Part shown: piece after piece, positions 44,843 to 58,500 of the stretch
Layout of the letters: every line of letters begins with the position of its first letter
Position numbering within the stretch: the stretch's first letter is position 1
From: Gonapodya sp. JEL0774
Lineage: Eukaryota
Reading direction: 5' to 3'
Assembly: GCA_027604505.1 (NCBI GenBank)
Contig: JADIIX010000037.1
Coordinates: forward strand, 1 to 64,000
DNA length: 64,000 bases
Made by a program: the position numbers and the translations under genes
The notes under the pieces: model-generated
Told to the model about the DNA's origin: nothing
The model's database searches: none
Seen by the model: only the letters and a program-made list of their open reading frames with translations

Positions 44843-47566
44843 ATGGAACGGTCCGTCGCTGGGATTGAGGATGTGGCATCGTTGGCTGCAGCTTCTGGAA
44901 AGACTCGGCGATTCTCAAATCTGGAGGCCGCAGGTGAATGGCTTGGGAGTACTGGTCGGGAAGTTTTCGCCGATAGCTGGAGTAACCCCAGAGTGTATCA
45001 CTGAATGGCTCGTCTTTCTGTCTAATTCGCCTCTATTGTAGACCTTCTTTTGGTCTGGCACTGTGTTTCTAAGTACATTGAGGGCACACTGCGGAATCGA
45101 AAAGTGAGTGGTCCCCATTCGCAATCTCGGAGTTCGGTAGCGCCTGCTTACACTCTGCGTTATCGTGCTAGTCAATCATGTGTCCGGATATTGGCTGCTT
45201 CTTCGTAAAGCAGTGGAAGAATCGGCGTGGGGAGTCGTTTGGTGTCTTCGCTCCGTTCTTTGTCCCTTCCTCTCAGACATTTAGTCGACTGCCAGGCTGG
45301 TCCCCTGATAAGAGTGACCGAGATAGTGAGTAGAAACGGAGCTTTGCTAGGTTGAGTTTCCCGTCGCTGGAAATGGTGGTCTCGTTTCCGGCGAGTTTTG
45401 TATCGATCCAAACCATCCTCTCCCATAGCCCGAGAAACGTGCCCACTGGAAACCTTCAACTTCACCGCACTCGCCAATCTCTCCGCAACAACGGATGCCT
45501 TCTCGCGAACTGAAATCTCTCTTGCACTCCGAGACTTGGTTGCTTCCATGCTCAAATTGGCGAAGTCAGGGCGCGGGCTTGCTCTCTCATTTGGTCGCAT
45601 AGGCAAGCTTCACGTCGGCAACGGAGAAGTGCGAATGAAATTCTATCCCGAATTTGTCAAAGGCCTGAGTGATGACGGTGCAGTGGAGCTGGCCATTCGC
45701 GAGAAAGATAGGGATTCGGATGGATACAAGGAAAAGGGTGACAAGGGTGAAAGAACTGGTAGACCTAACACACCAACGGACAAAACGGAAGAAAGGTGGA
45801 GTTGTGCGCCGCCTGCAATCTGACGATTTATAACTCAAAAGTCTGTGATTGCTTCAACTGCAGCCCAGAAAATTGTACCGCAGCGGATGACAAGTCGAGG
45901 CCCTCTCCGTCTCCGTCACCTATTCCCGAGGAAGATGCTTCTGATACCCTCATTTGCGGGACACCTGACTCTGACGATGGAGTTGACGAGGACGAGGATC
46001 CATCTGCTGTCATCTACCTTGAACTTCCGCCCCAACAGAGAAATACCAACCCTCCACCCTCCTCGAAGCACACCGTACACTTTCCTCCCGCTCCGCAAGT
46101 AGCTAGCCTCACGAGCTCGTACGCATCTACACGGGCACCCTCTCCGACTGCTGAACAGCTACCTAACTTGACCACCACCGGTATTTCCATGCTTCCCAAA
46201 GTTGAACACTCTCCCCATTCAGTTGTTGCAGCGGTTCCATCGTCATCAGTACCATCCTCCTCCCCGAATAGCCGTCTCACGTCCGTTGCGCAGGCCGTCG
46301 CCCTCGTGCAACAACTTAACCTTCCTCCACATATTGCCCAACAGCTGCTGCCAACTGGTGTGCACCTCGCGGACTACTTCACCCCTTTGGCCATGACAGA
46401 GGCGAGCACCGCAGGTGCAACTCTTGGTCGCACCTCTCCCGCCCCTCCTCCAGTTCACCTCAACCACATCCTGTTCCGTAGGACAAAGGAGGATTACCAC
46501 ACACACGCCCCGTCGGGTGATCGTTTGTGGTCTAACGCACACTGTCCCATATGCAGGCAAGGCAAGTCAGAGTTTGCGGATGCGAGGGAGGACGAAAAGC
46601 GAAGAGAGAGGGAACGCGACGTAGGATTGATGGAACTGGGGCTGGAAAAGGAGAGGCGATTGCAAGCAGTGGAAAAGGTTCGCCGTCTGACATTAGAAAT
46701 GTCGTCAACACCGATTCATATATGGGTGTCTGTGCTTAATAGGAATGCGAAATCGCTAAGCTCCGCGAGGCAATTGCGAACGCAAAGTTGAACTACGAAT
46801 GGGCGATAGAGAAGGTAAGTTCGTTGTTTCAGAGCATACAGTATTTGCTAGTATCAATTTTTTTTCGTTTTACAAGGCAAGAAAGCGAGACCCGCCACCC
46901 GCTGTCCCCATGGGTGACCTCTTCGAAAAGCGTACCCTTCCCTCCGAGCATGTCGTCGACAAAACTCTTCTCACTGACTGCCTGCTCTATCAAATTTATG
47001 AAAAAGAATCAGCCCGCGAGCGCGAGAAACTCGAAAGAGAGGCCGAGAATCGGATCTTCAATCAGACATTCCTTCAACAATTTCGCACGCAGGAGACAGA
47101 AGCTCAGCTCACCCGGATGCGAACTCGGGAGAAACAGCAACGGACGCTCGCAGAACAGGCGAAGATGCATCAAGCATTGAAGAACAAGGAAATGCAAGAT
47201 AAATCGGAGGCGAATCCCCAGAACCTGTTCGCACGGGACGAAAGTCCCGAAGCCTCCAGGCAGAGGGCGGCGGCAAAGAAGCTTTACGAAGAGCAATTGG
47301 TGCTCGTCAAGCAAAAGAAGGAGGCGGAAAGGAGGTTGGCAGATTTAGAGACCATGGGTGGTTTGGAGAAGCTTTCGTGGACACGGAAAGAGTACGTGGT
47401 GTTCATACACTGTTTTGATGGGCCACGAAAAATTAATAGCAAACGCAACAGGCTTGCAAAAGATCTTCAACGAGTTCAGAAAGAACGTTTTGAAGCCCGA
47501 AAATCTCTCGAACTGTACTGGAAGGATCAGATTCGTAAAAGGCAGGAGATGCTTCTCGAATTTTGA
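44843..47566 (+). CDS. CCDC81-like (HU-domain plus coiled-coil) centrosomal/ciliary protein, multi-exon
   Basis: FNFTALA...LALSFGRIGKLHVGNGEVRMKFYPEF resembles the eukaryotic HU-CCDC81 domain; C-terminal coiled coil. Start approximate. Confidence 0.65.
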
Positions 47567-47700
47567 TCCAAAAGAGGCTGCTACGACTGCCCACTCTCCA
47601 GTCATGTCATACTGAGAAAGAAGTCTTGATGTCTATGTTGTAGATAGGAAGAACTACATCTCAACATCGCCATTATCTACATTCACACGATACAAACGTA

Positions 47701-49244
47701 CTATTCACAATTCGAAGATGACGCTAGTTTCTCCGTGGACAACTTCTCCATGTTTGTGCGCTTTGTCTTCTTGCTAGAAGGAGACCGGTTCTCCACATCA
47801 CCGTCATCTTCGATGCGGTTACTAAAGGCTTTAAGGTCGGCCGTAAATAGAACCTGGTGGCAGAAGAGTCAAGCGGGGAATCACAAACAGTTTACTAATC
47901 AACTTTGGGCACCTCTGTCGGGCTGATGCACATTTCATACCCACGGAATGAGCCCAGCCACAGTGATCCCCATGCAACTTTCGAAAATGTTGCTGTATTT
48001 GCTTGTATACCTTACTGGTTAAGGTCTTTGGCGTTTTCCCGGGGGAGTTTACGACTTTTGTAGTTCCCTTCCTCTTTCGTTTTCCTGGAGAGTATCCATT
48101 TTCGTCTCCTGCTGAGGAACCTTCACCAGTGATTTCATCTATTTCCTCGGCAAGGGTGAAGTTGTAATCTCTGAGTGCGATTTGCCAAACATGACGGTCC
48201 ACAGGGACCGCTTCTGCCTTGTCCAAACTCATGAGTGCGACACAATCAGCAACCTTGGGGCCAACACCTGGAAATTCCAGCAGAGCAGCGATGGTATCAG
48301 AGTAGCTGGAGGTGCGCAGGGAAAGGAGGTAGGATTCTGGGTCTTTGTGGGAAGCAAGTTTGGCGCACGTTTCCGCTACGTATTTGGCTCTGTACCCAAA
48401 GCCTAAGTCTCGAAGGCGAGGTTCAAGGTCAAGCGCGGAAGCCAACTGCGAGATGGTAGGGAACTCGTGGAAAGGTGGCTGGTTGAGGGCCAAATGCGAT
48501 GGAAGGCCGACCAGTGAACCATACTCTCGGCAGAGCGCGTTGACCTGGAGTTTGCACAAACATTATCTTGAGAGTTGTGCACCAATCCCTTTGGACCGAG
48601 GTGATGACTTCACCATCAAGGTAATCCTTGCGACATTATTATTGCTCGTGCAAATGAACGTAATAAGATTCTCGACGGGATGCTGTCGAAGAACTCGAAC
48701 GCCTCGAAACGCGGAATTTGTGGTCCCGAACCGGTGGAAGTTGGTATCTGCCGAAGACCATTTCTTGTAGAGCTCTGAGAGCGAGCATTCAAGTTGGAAA
48801 TAGTCTCGCAAGTAGGTACGAGCCTCGTTTGGATCAGACACCAGAGAATTTTGGGGATGGTAAGTTCGATATAAGACGTCTGTATCTGCGATATCAACGT
48901 TTCTATCGGAAAGCACGGATCCGTACTCGACTCAACCGCCTCTCACCAGTCTGTTTCAAAGACACAAGCTTTCCCTCCAGTGAATTTGTCCTTTAGTCCA
49001 TAGTCGAACATAAACGCATAAGAAATTCATTGAAGAATCAGCGCATCAATGCAAGTGTTTCCATTAATGGTGTCGAGAATTATGCAGACCATTCGTAGTC
49101 GCCAGTTTTACGCCATCGAAAGCTCTGTGCGCCTTGGAGCGTCGTATCGAGACGCAGTTCTTCGGGGAGAACATTCAGTGAAGCCCAGGGGCTCGGATAC
49201 AGAACTTCGGGGTTCAAAGCCAATTGAGAGGGTTGAGAGGACAT
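47701..49244 (-). CDS. OGG1: 8-oxoguanine DNA glycosylase, multi-exon
   Basis: ELRLDTTLQGAQSFRW, GVRVLRQHPVENLITFICTSNNNVARI, LGFGYRAKY, HhH-GPD PGVGPKVADCVALMSLDK..VPVDRHVW, GWAHS|VLF. Confidence 0.95.
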
Positions 49245-49470
49245 TCCACGGAGGAACAAAGAGAATGACCTGGCACAGAGAAGACCCGAAATTCTGGTCG
49301 CTGGTGGAGCCGTTTTAAAGTTCCTTCCTGTTTCGATGTTATTGTTGGGAGGGCCAGTCATAGAAAGGTCGACGCCGAGTTCAACCAATTCCCCATTCAC
49401 CAGTCTGGACGACGTTTGGTCTCCCTTATCCAAGAAATTCAGTTCAGCTGCTCGCACTGAGACATCAAAG

Positions 49471-50603
49471 ATGTCTTTCGTGGTAGTAAAATTTGGAGGT
49501 GCGCCATTGTGTTATTGGGGAAGCTGATATCCATATCCATTGAAAGAAGAATCCCTCACCCTGGTTTTGTACACCTAGAGTGCCAAGAGAAACTCATCAA
49601 CCCGGATTGCATCAATGCTGTGTTCCTCGGTCATATGAGAAAGATTGTTCTTCCATATGTCAACCCAGCGCTTCTCCAAACACCGATTCCGCCCCTGCCG
49701 GAACGTGCTCCGTTCTCGATAGCAGCGTCTACTATGAAACTTAACACGGCGCCAGCCACGTCAGCACTTTCTCCCGCTGGACCGAGTGCTTCAACGCAGA
49801 CTGCGCTTTCAAACAACCCGCCGAGTTCCCCCCAAGGTGTATCTAATCGCACATCTACGCAGCAAATATCTGCGACCCCCCAATCAATAGGTACGGCTGG
49901 TCGGCGGGCTACCATAATACCGGGACAAACACCACCAGCCATCCCAGCGCCTGTTCCTAAACAACCTCAACAACAGATCGTGGCAACACCAGACAGCGTG
50001 TTTGAGTCCATGGGTATCAACTTGAATGAAATCGTTCTGGACTTGGCAACGGAGAGTGGAGAGGTGGTGGACCTGGTGAACAGGCCGCCCAAAGATTATG
50101 CGAACAAGTATCTCAATAACCGCGACAGCTATGTCGTAGTGAGAGTAATTGCCGGTAAGAGCAAGTTGTCTTGTGGAAACTCAGATCTGAGTTGAACTAT
50201 CAATCCACTGTGGCAGGTGAGACAGAGAGCGAGAACCCTACTTTCGTCCCCCTGCTTGAAGGATTCGAATGCAAGCGAATAACAAGTGAGTCTTCGTGCT
50301 ACTCTTGCAAGTACGCGAATCGCAAAATCTTCTGGTACTTTCTTCAAAGTCCGGGCGCATGCACCTTCGCGGAACCCAAACGGTGCTCCACACCTAACTG
50401 CAGCAAGTCGAACAAAAACTTTTGCGCAATCAAAGAAGGGAACAAGTGCAGAGAGTCCAGCTGGTGGAGGTATGGTTGCAGTGGAGGGTGCTGGTGGAGA
50501 AGGAAACCCTTCGGCTGCTGCGAACCTTGGGGGAGAAGCTTCGCGGAAGCATCTTATGTCTGCAGACAGAAAACTCTCCACAAAAGTTGTGAAAGGAGCA
50601 TAA
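49471..50603 (+). CDS. C22orf15/CXorf65-like protein with an internal low-complexity insert
   Basis: MSFVVVKFG|..EKLINPDCINAVFLGHMRK, and later LDLATESGEVVDL...YANKYLNNRDSYVVVRV...FVPLL, match the family pattern as recalled. Confidence 0.65.
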
Positions 50604-50801
50604 ATGAACTCATCGATGTGAAAAGAATTCCGTTTTCTGTGGCTTCAACGCAAATGAAATCAAGCTTTTTGGGTTGCACAATGAGAATGTTGGATTCAAT
50701 CGTGTAATCTAACGTAAAATTACAGGATTGTACCCAGAGCCGCGATTTGAGATCTGCTAGACCAGGACTGCACCGGTACAAGCACATGACTCCAACCTGA
50801 C

Positions 50802-52420
50802 CTACGCTTTGACCGTAACTTTGAGGTTTTCGTTTGCAAAATCCCAGTTCACCAACTTCCACCAAGCTGCGGCAACCACCGGGAACGAGTGTCAATGGCC
50901 GGTTATTCCAATACTTTCAACATGAAGAAGATTTCAGCGACACTCACAGTCAATGTAACTCGCCCTCGCATTGCGATAATCGATGTAGTAGGCATGCTCC
51001 CAAACATCGCAGGTCAAAAGTGGGACGAGGTGGGACTCTGAGAGTCGGCCAAGCAAACAAAGCAGGTCCAGAAAATTTAGCACGGGTGACAGTAAGTGTC
51101 CCCGAAGTTACGTGGAAGATTTAACGAGGCTTAAGCATGGTTCCCGGGTCCGTAACGTCTTGTGATGGCCTTCGATGGACGTACCTTGAATAGGAGTGCC
51201 GGCGTCGTGAGTTTGAACAATCTTTATCTTTCCGTCCTTTGTGTCGTGTACAAGCCATGCCCAGCCGGAGCCAAAGTGGCCAGCCGCCGCTGCGTGGGGA
51301 AGAAGATAGTTCAACGAGAGAGGAATTGATCACAAATGAGTCACAAATGAGAAAAAGTGCTGAGATCGCTTCAAAGTGCTGAGAGCTTCTGCGTGTTCTG
51401 TCACTCACCAGCTGTGAACTCCCGCTTGAAGTTATCGAAGCTCCCGAACGATGAATCAATAGCTTGCTTGACCTGACCAGTTGGCTCGCGCACTGCGACA
51501 GTAGAGTCGGTGGCGGGGGCGAGAGAGCTGTATGGGTTGAGCCGACACCGGGACGTTTACTAAGGAGTTACACTGGCAAGCTGCAACATAATGGAAAGGT
51601 CCTCTCCCGCCAATGTAGACGGAGATCGAGCCCTTTGTCGACAGCCGCTTAAGGACTCTGTTGGTTTTTGGTACCCTCATAGTAGCGTTCGCGGAGATCG
51701 TGTCTTCATCACGAATAAACTACGCACGTCCAGTAGAAGTCGTGGTTGTAAATCTGGGCAGCGCTGTTAAACACTCCCGCGGGTACTTTGCCAAATGACT
51801 TGCACAATTCCGGGATGGACTTGGATGCCAGAGGTGTGCCCGCCGTAAGTTCATTCAGACGAGCGACATAGCCTGAAACACAAAAACAGGTGACTCCCAA
51901 GAAATTCAAGTGAAGAATCCATTACAGCCCCTAAGTTCTCCGAGGTTCGATTCACCATAATAACAAAGCTCGAGCAAGAGAAGTTCAATACTTCATGGAA
52001 GCACAACGTGTCATCATCAATCCAGCTATTCGTTTCCGCGAACGACCTCAGCTTTGAGAAAATGTATAAAATTTCGTGGAGGAATATTCATCTTCACTCC
52101 GAAAGCACCTTTGCATTCCATCGTAAGAGATGATTCAAAGTTCCGCTGAGTGCTGACCACATCCAGTTGGAGAAGAACATGCTTTTGCTAATGCACAAGC
52201 GACTTCTTACGGATGTATTGGGTGTCATCAAGGTCCGGATCCTAATATCTGGTGATGTCCGATCCTTTTGTTCGCGACCTGCCTATGTCATTATGTCTCA
52301 GAGAGGATACTCACCCGCGTGGTGCTTGCCATAGTGAAAGCTCAGTGTTTCCTCCGAAATAAGCGGAGCTAGTGCCTTGAGTTGGTAAGGCAGTTTGTTG
52401 AGCGTGAATGCAGCTGCCAT
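50802..52420 (-). CDS. Iron-type superoxide dismutase (SodB-like), 6 exons
   Basis: [101 protein letters not shown]. Confidence 0.93.
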
Positions 52421-52728
52421 TTGGATGGGAGAAATGATACGATTTTGTTCAAATGTCGGGCAGCCTCGATGGTGCCATGTGCTCCCAACCCTCTTATCTC
52501 TGATAGGTTGACTTGCTTCGACATCCCCCTTCGAATTCTTCAACAATCTCGATAAATTGTGCTGGATGTACTGGGGCTCTGTTGATTCTTCTCCATCCTT
52601 CTCGGTACGATACGCACCTTGACAACATTTGATCAAGGTGTTGATCTCTTCGCATTTCTCACGACATCTCAATTGAAAATCACCTGAAGGTTGAATACAA
52701 GACAACAGCAGAGATGAAATTGAGTGCC

Positions 52729-54515
52729 ATGAAGGCGAGTGTCGGGGAGGCAAGAAATGGGGTTGCGCAGTTGAGTCTGCAACTGGAAACAAGGGCCACA
52801 GATGAAGGACTTGTCGGGATGGGCTCAGATGATGCATTGAATTTGAGTTCAGGTTCTAGTTCAGAAGGCGAGGACGAAGTTCGGCGTTTGAAAGAGCGTA
52901 TTCAACAGATAGAGGCTGCGCTAAGAGAGAAAGATGAAGGTGCGTTTTCGCGTGCCTGTTCGATACTCTCTCCTAGGTCTTATGAAGGACACTGTTCGCA
53001 TGCAAACTCGCATCTTGCCTAGTCCTCGAGCTCGCTGCTCAGTATGGCACCACACTCCTTGCAGAGAATGCAAGACTAACGCAGACCATCTCATCCGTGC
53101 TACAATCTGCTGATTCAACCAACCCATATTCACTCTGTCACTTATCTACGCCTATTTCACGCTCTTCTCTTCCGGAGGCAAATGCACATCGAACGGTATC
53201 TGCCGATCTCGCTTTCCCTCGGCAAGAGGGCCTTCTCTCTCCTCGCCCCAATCTCGCATCACTTGCACTCGAGCTCGCTTTTCGTGTCAGCAAAAGTCCC
53301 TCAATATCTGAAAGTTGCCGGAATCTCTCTCGGCCACCACCACCAAGAAAGCTTAAGCGCGTTCTGCAAGAGAGGGAGCACATTTGGTTAAGTCGGGAAC
53401 CTGATCAAGACCAATCCACCGAGGATTCGACAACCCGACAGCGTACCCGACGACGCGTGTGGAAGGACGAACGACAAGGCGATAACGAAAACGACTCAGG
53501 CAGTGCGAGCGCCGGTGAACCCGACGATATTGAAAGAGTAGCCGATTCCCCGGATGGTTTACATCCCTCATCTCATCGCTCCAGCAAATATGCAGCTCAC
53601 CTCGTCATTGCCGATCGTCACATCGCCTCACTCGAAAACGAACTCACACGTCTCGAAGAAGAACTTACCAAGGCTCGGAAAGAAGCCGGAAACTGGAGGA
53701 AGATGGCCACTCAGGCAATGAGGACTGGCGAAATGGAAGTGAAGTCTTCGAACCCATACGACAGGAGCGAAACTGAATCGACTGGGGATAGGACTACAAG
53801 CAGAAAGTGCACGCGAGCGCGGGACCAGACAGAGGAGGAATATATTGATGCCTTACCCGGAGCTTTGCCGCAAGAAGAACATTGGTGCAGTCGACCTGAA
53901 AATCAAAGCTCAAGCGTCGCAGATTCTACGAAAGTATATCCGGACGCCGGTTGGTCGCTCCATGCAGTCGAGTCGCCTCACGGTAACCTGAGCAATCCAC
54001 ATGCGCAAGCCTCTGCACCGATTTGTGCCCGACCGTACGGCTGTTCTGAAACGAATAGGCACCTCGATCCCGGTCGGACCACACGTTCGGACGACGATTC
54101 GAGTGGCTCAGAGTGCTTGCGCGACCGCCATCACTCTTCAGCATCGGAAGTGAACTCCATGGCTGGGAAGTTTCAACAATCTCGTTGCATATCCGCTCTG
54201 TGTCTTCCATCCGCGCAGATTCCTGCCCGGGTGTTTGCAGCCCGACTTCCGGGCATTCTCACCGCGTCATTTGAGCTCCTTCACACGGACAGTGGTGGCC
54301 TTAGAGTCACGCTCGAAGCCGAGACAAACACTGCAAGCTCGATGCATGCGCACAGTTGGAGCAATGCCGGGGGGGGAAACTCTACAAGCAGTGGTATTCA
54401 AGGGAGCTTAGTGGGACTTGGTGTGCGGATGGCGACTGGTGCGGCGAGAGTAGCTTTTTGGGCGGTGAAGTCCGTGGTGAATGTAGCGGTGGGAGTGGTT
54501 GGATTAGCAAGGTGA
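52729..54515 (+). CDS. Hypothetical protein with short coiled coils
   Basis: 472-aa open frame plus an upstream exon ([21 protein letters not shown]|gt). No family recognised; exon structure uncertain. Confidence 0.55.
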
Positions 54516-54760
54516 TAGGCGCTTTTCATTACAATCTACGATGTGCAAATATAATTCATTGATTTATTGTTATCCGTACTATAGATGCGTTGACAATAAA
54601 GTATTTTATTGATAGTTCATTGGAGTTTGAATACAGTTTACGGTGATCAATTGTTCGGTGAACGTCAACTATTGTGATCGACCGCAGACCAAAGATTCGA
54701 AGCGAATCCTCATCACCAATCCCGAATAACTAACTTGCCTGATACCATCGATCATACCAA

Positions 54761-55425
54761 ATGTTTCCTAATCTTCTAAACCGTGTGCTCGCAATAATTG
54801 CTCTTCTCTTTCTCATACCAATTAGGTTGGTGATCGACATGGTCCAAAACAAACTTGGCGAGGAATCCAACGTGATAATGGTGACGAGAAAGCTGAAGCA
54901 AGTGGTGGACGCAGCTGAGGAATGGATCGGACCTCTGGAGAATACAAGCGGTGCGTCTGAGATGAGGATGTGTTTTGAGAACGTGTGCAGACGGAATCGT
55001 CGCTCATCTCACTTCGCACTCAAATATTCCTACAATGGTGCTTCATCTACGGAAGACGCGGCAGAGAGGAAGAAAGAACAGTCTGAGAAAACCGAACTAA
55101 TTGGTGGCAACAAAGAAGTGATCAGAGGTGGGTCAAGGGTGAACAACATCCTGACTTTCCTGTTCCCACTATTTGCTAGCCCAGAACCATTGAACTTTTG
55201 GATTTGTTTCCAGCACCATCATCATACACAGTTTCACGCCACTCTGGTGTTCTCCAACCCCGTCCAACTAAATCTTCTCGCCGCCCAGTAATGGAGCTGT
55301 ATCTCTCCTCAGAAGTCCTGACACTTCAACCAGATGATAATCAGGGAAGAGGAAGTGACCAAGAATCCAGCATAAGAGAAAAAAAAGAAGCAGTGAGCGT
55401 GGGAGAGTTAAATTGGCAAGGCTAA
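54761..55425 (+). CDS. Small hypothetical protein or gene fragment
   Basis: 176-aa ORF with plausible splice sites and no recognisable motif. Confidence 0.25.
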
Positions 55426-55549
55426 GCAGGGCTGCTGCAAATTGATTGCAATAAATGAGTACAAATAAGTAGTAACTGAAACTATTTCTCAACAAAAGAA
55501 CCACTGCTTCATGAGTAAATCCATAAAAAAAGTGTCTGTTGAACTAAAA

Positions 55550-58500
55550 TCAGGAGCCAGGGGAAGAAAGAGAAAGGGTGACTGCTCTCTGTGCCAACTC
55601 CATCAGCTTCACTCTCTTGATACTCCCCAAACAGTTATCCAACCAGGCAATTGATTTTTCCCTCATTAGCTCCCACTCTTCTGCTATATCTTGCAGTGCT
55701 ATTTCCATGAGTGATATGGCTACTGCAGTTGCCCACTCTGATTCTGTATACCCAGTTCCCAGCATTGCAAGATCCTCTGGAGTAGATGCAAGTGAGAACA
55801 ACTGTCTATCTGCCTGGAATGAACCATCAAATTTTTGAAGCTGAACTAGCACAGAGAGCCTCTCAGCATTTGCATTTCTGGCCCTTCCTTCTTCTGATTT
55901 GGGAGTGGCATTTCTGGTTCTTCCTTCATCTGATGTGGGAGTGGCAGTACTGTGACCACCCCTAAGACTTAAAACAAGATGCAAAGTAGAGTCAGGTTTA
56001 ATATTCAAGTCTTTTTTTAGCAATGGTTGTGGTCAGCATGATGAAGAAATCCCTCAGTACCAGAGACAGGAACACCTACCTTGTAAAGTGTTCTGTCCTT
56101 GAATTTGTTTGCCAGAAAATATGAGTCTCTGCTGGTCAGGTGGAATTCCTTCTTTTGCATGAATTTGGTGCTTTATATCATTGACTGTGTGCTCTGGGGA
56201 TAGGTCAATGTCAATAGTCTTGCCAGTCAGAGTTTTCACTTTGCCACCTGTAAAGCCATATGATACTGCAGGCCTATATGTGCTACTAGAATTGTACTGG
56301 TGCTCTACCTAAATGCAAGAAAGGAACTAGATGATAATGTACTGAAGTTTATAAAACAGGATATTCTACTTACTCTGGATGGCACAACAAGTTTTTGAGG
56401 TATCCCATGAAGTTTCTCTTCTTTATTTAAGGTTTGGACAGCAATATACGAAGTGTGCTTAGAAGCAATACCATCTATACAAAGTGCTGTTATGGCAAGG
56501 TGGTGAGTCAGGAAGAGCTGATGCCTTACATGTGGTGCTGAGTCTGACAATCTCTTGTCGCATCACTTCATCATTTACAGCTGGTAACTGGACATGGAGC
56601 CAACTTCTGTGGCCTTCAAAATCTTGCAGTAAACCTCTTGCAGCCATGATATGTAATGTCAAATCCTGAGTTGAAATATTCTTCACAGGGATAACAAGCT
56701 GTAAAGGCCCATCTGGTCCATCACCAGTTATTGAAACTGATAAAGGATCTTCCAGTTCATTAGACATAAGTGCATAACAGCTGTACCTAAAGCCTGAGTA
56801 AAGAGGTGGTGCAAAGAAAGGTGCTTGGAGTAATCTTGGAGGCACATATTCTTTCCTCTCAGATGCTGGGGTTTCTGAAATTTGTGAATCCATTAATAAG
56901 TGACTTATTGCAATCTGTGGAAAGTGCTCTGCACCATTATGTGAATCCGGAAACCATGAAACCTAGAATTGTGGGAAATAAGATACAACCCAGTCTAGCA
57001 GAAAACTTGCTGAAGATACCTTTAAATTCCTGACAAATCCTTTCAAACTGGCCTTTAGCATCTTGGCCACCTTTGCCTCCATCCTTTCACCTCCTGCAGC
57101 AAACTCAGCCGTCCCCATCCCAGACCTTGCCAACCCATCAACAAGCAGATGTGAGACTGCAGACCCAACCCCAAGAGTAAAAAAGCGTGTGTTCTGTATT
57201 TTACTGATATGAGCTGCAAGTTGAAATATAGGCTCAGGATTTAACACTGCTCCATCAGTGAGAACCTGCACCAGTGTAAATGCATGGTATACTGTAATCT
57301 CCACAGAAACAATGAAATTTTAGACCCACAAATATGCTTCTTTGCCACCCTTCCTTAGGCTTTACACTTGTGATGTCTTCCAGAGGTTTAAGCATCTCTG
57401 TGCCTCCTAAGTTTGAATCCAGTGATTTTACCTCCTCCACGGCTATCTCAACATTGTGCTCATTATAATCAACTGATAATGGAAATGTTTTCTGAAATGT
57501 TGAGCCAAAGCCTATAATGTTGAACTTTACAGAGGGTGGGAGTGATTTGAGAAACAGCAAAAGAGCTGATCGTGCATAATAAATGTTGTCTCCAGTCATT
57601 GAACCAGACCTAATGTTAAGCTCTCAGAAGCCGTCATCACTCATTTGATCCCTTCTCTTTACTTCTTACTCACCTATCAATAACAAAAATCATCTCAGTA
57701 TGCACAGTTCTGCTAGCAAACTTAGGAACAAAAGTTGCCATTGCACATTTAGTCCCAGAAGAACTCCTTTCCAAGATAGCTTGAGGCTGATCTAGCCCAG
57801 GAGACTTCACAACCAGAACAAAATCCCTGTCCAAATAAACTCTGTCGAGGGAAAGCTGTGCACTAGCACAATTCGGGTTTGCAGGATTCAGGGTCACATT
57901 GAGTGGATGTGTTGTTGATGAAATGGCTGTAACTGGGCCAGCCACCATTTGAACATCAACATTAACAGTCAAAAAATAATTGATTGAGCTGCTCTGAACA
58001 GTAGAAGGAAGAAGATTTGTTCCCTTTGGTGGAATGTACTCGCCGTACATCTGGCTGGCAATTGTTGTGGGAATGGTAAAACGCAGCTCATTCCTGTTCA
58101 CGTCAGTTTTGCAGGTGTGGATGTATGAGATTCGCACAATAACAGACTTCTGAGGTGGTATGTTGCCAAGGGAAATTTGGAAAACTTGCAAAGTCAACAG
58201 GGCATCAATGTGTTAACCGATCATCTAAACTGAGGAGCCAAGATCTGAATTCAACTCTCTGAAAGAATAGACTTACTATCAGCCTTTTGCTCCTCCAAGA
58301 GAAACGCTCGGTCACCGGACTTGAGAGCATTCTGGTAATCCGCATAGGCATCACGTTGGTCTCGACACACACCCTTGATGACCATCCCATCGACCACTGC
58401 CTCAAAAGCATAGACTGCTGCACTCTCGTAGATTGGAAACTTATAGATCGCCTCAACAACAGGGTCGGCACCGACATGGAAATATCTTTGGCAAAGTGTC

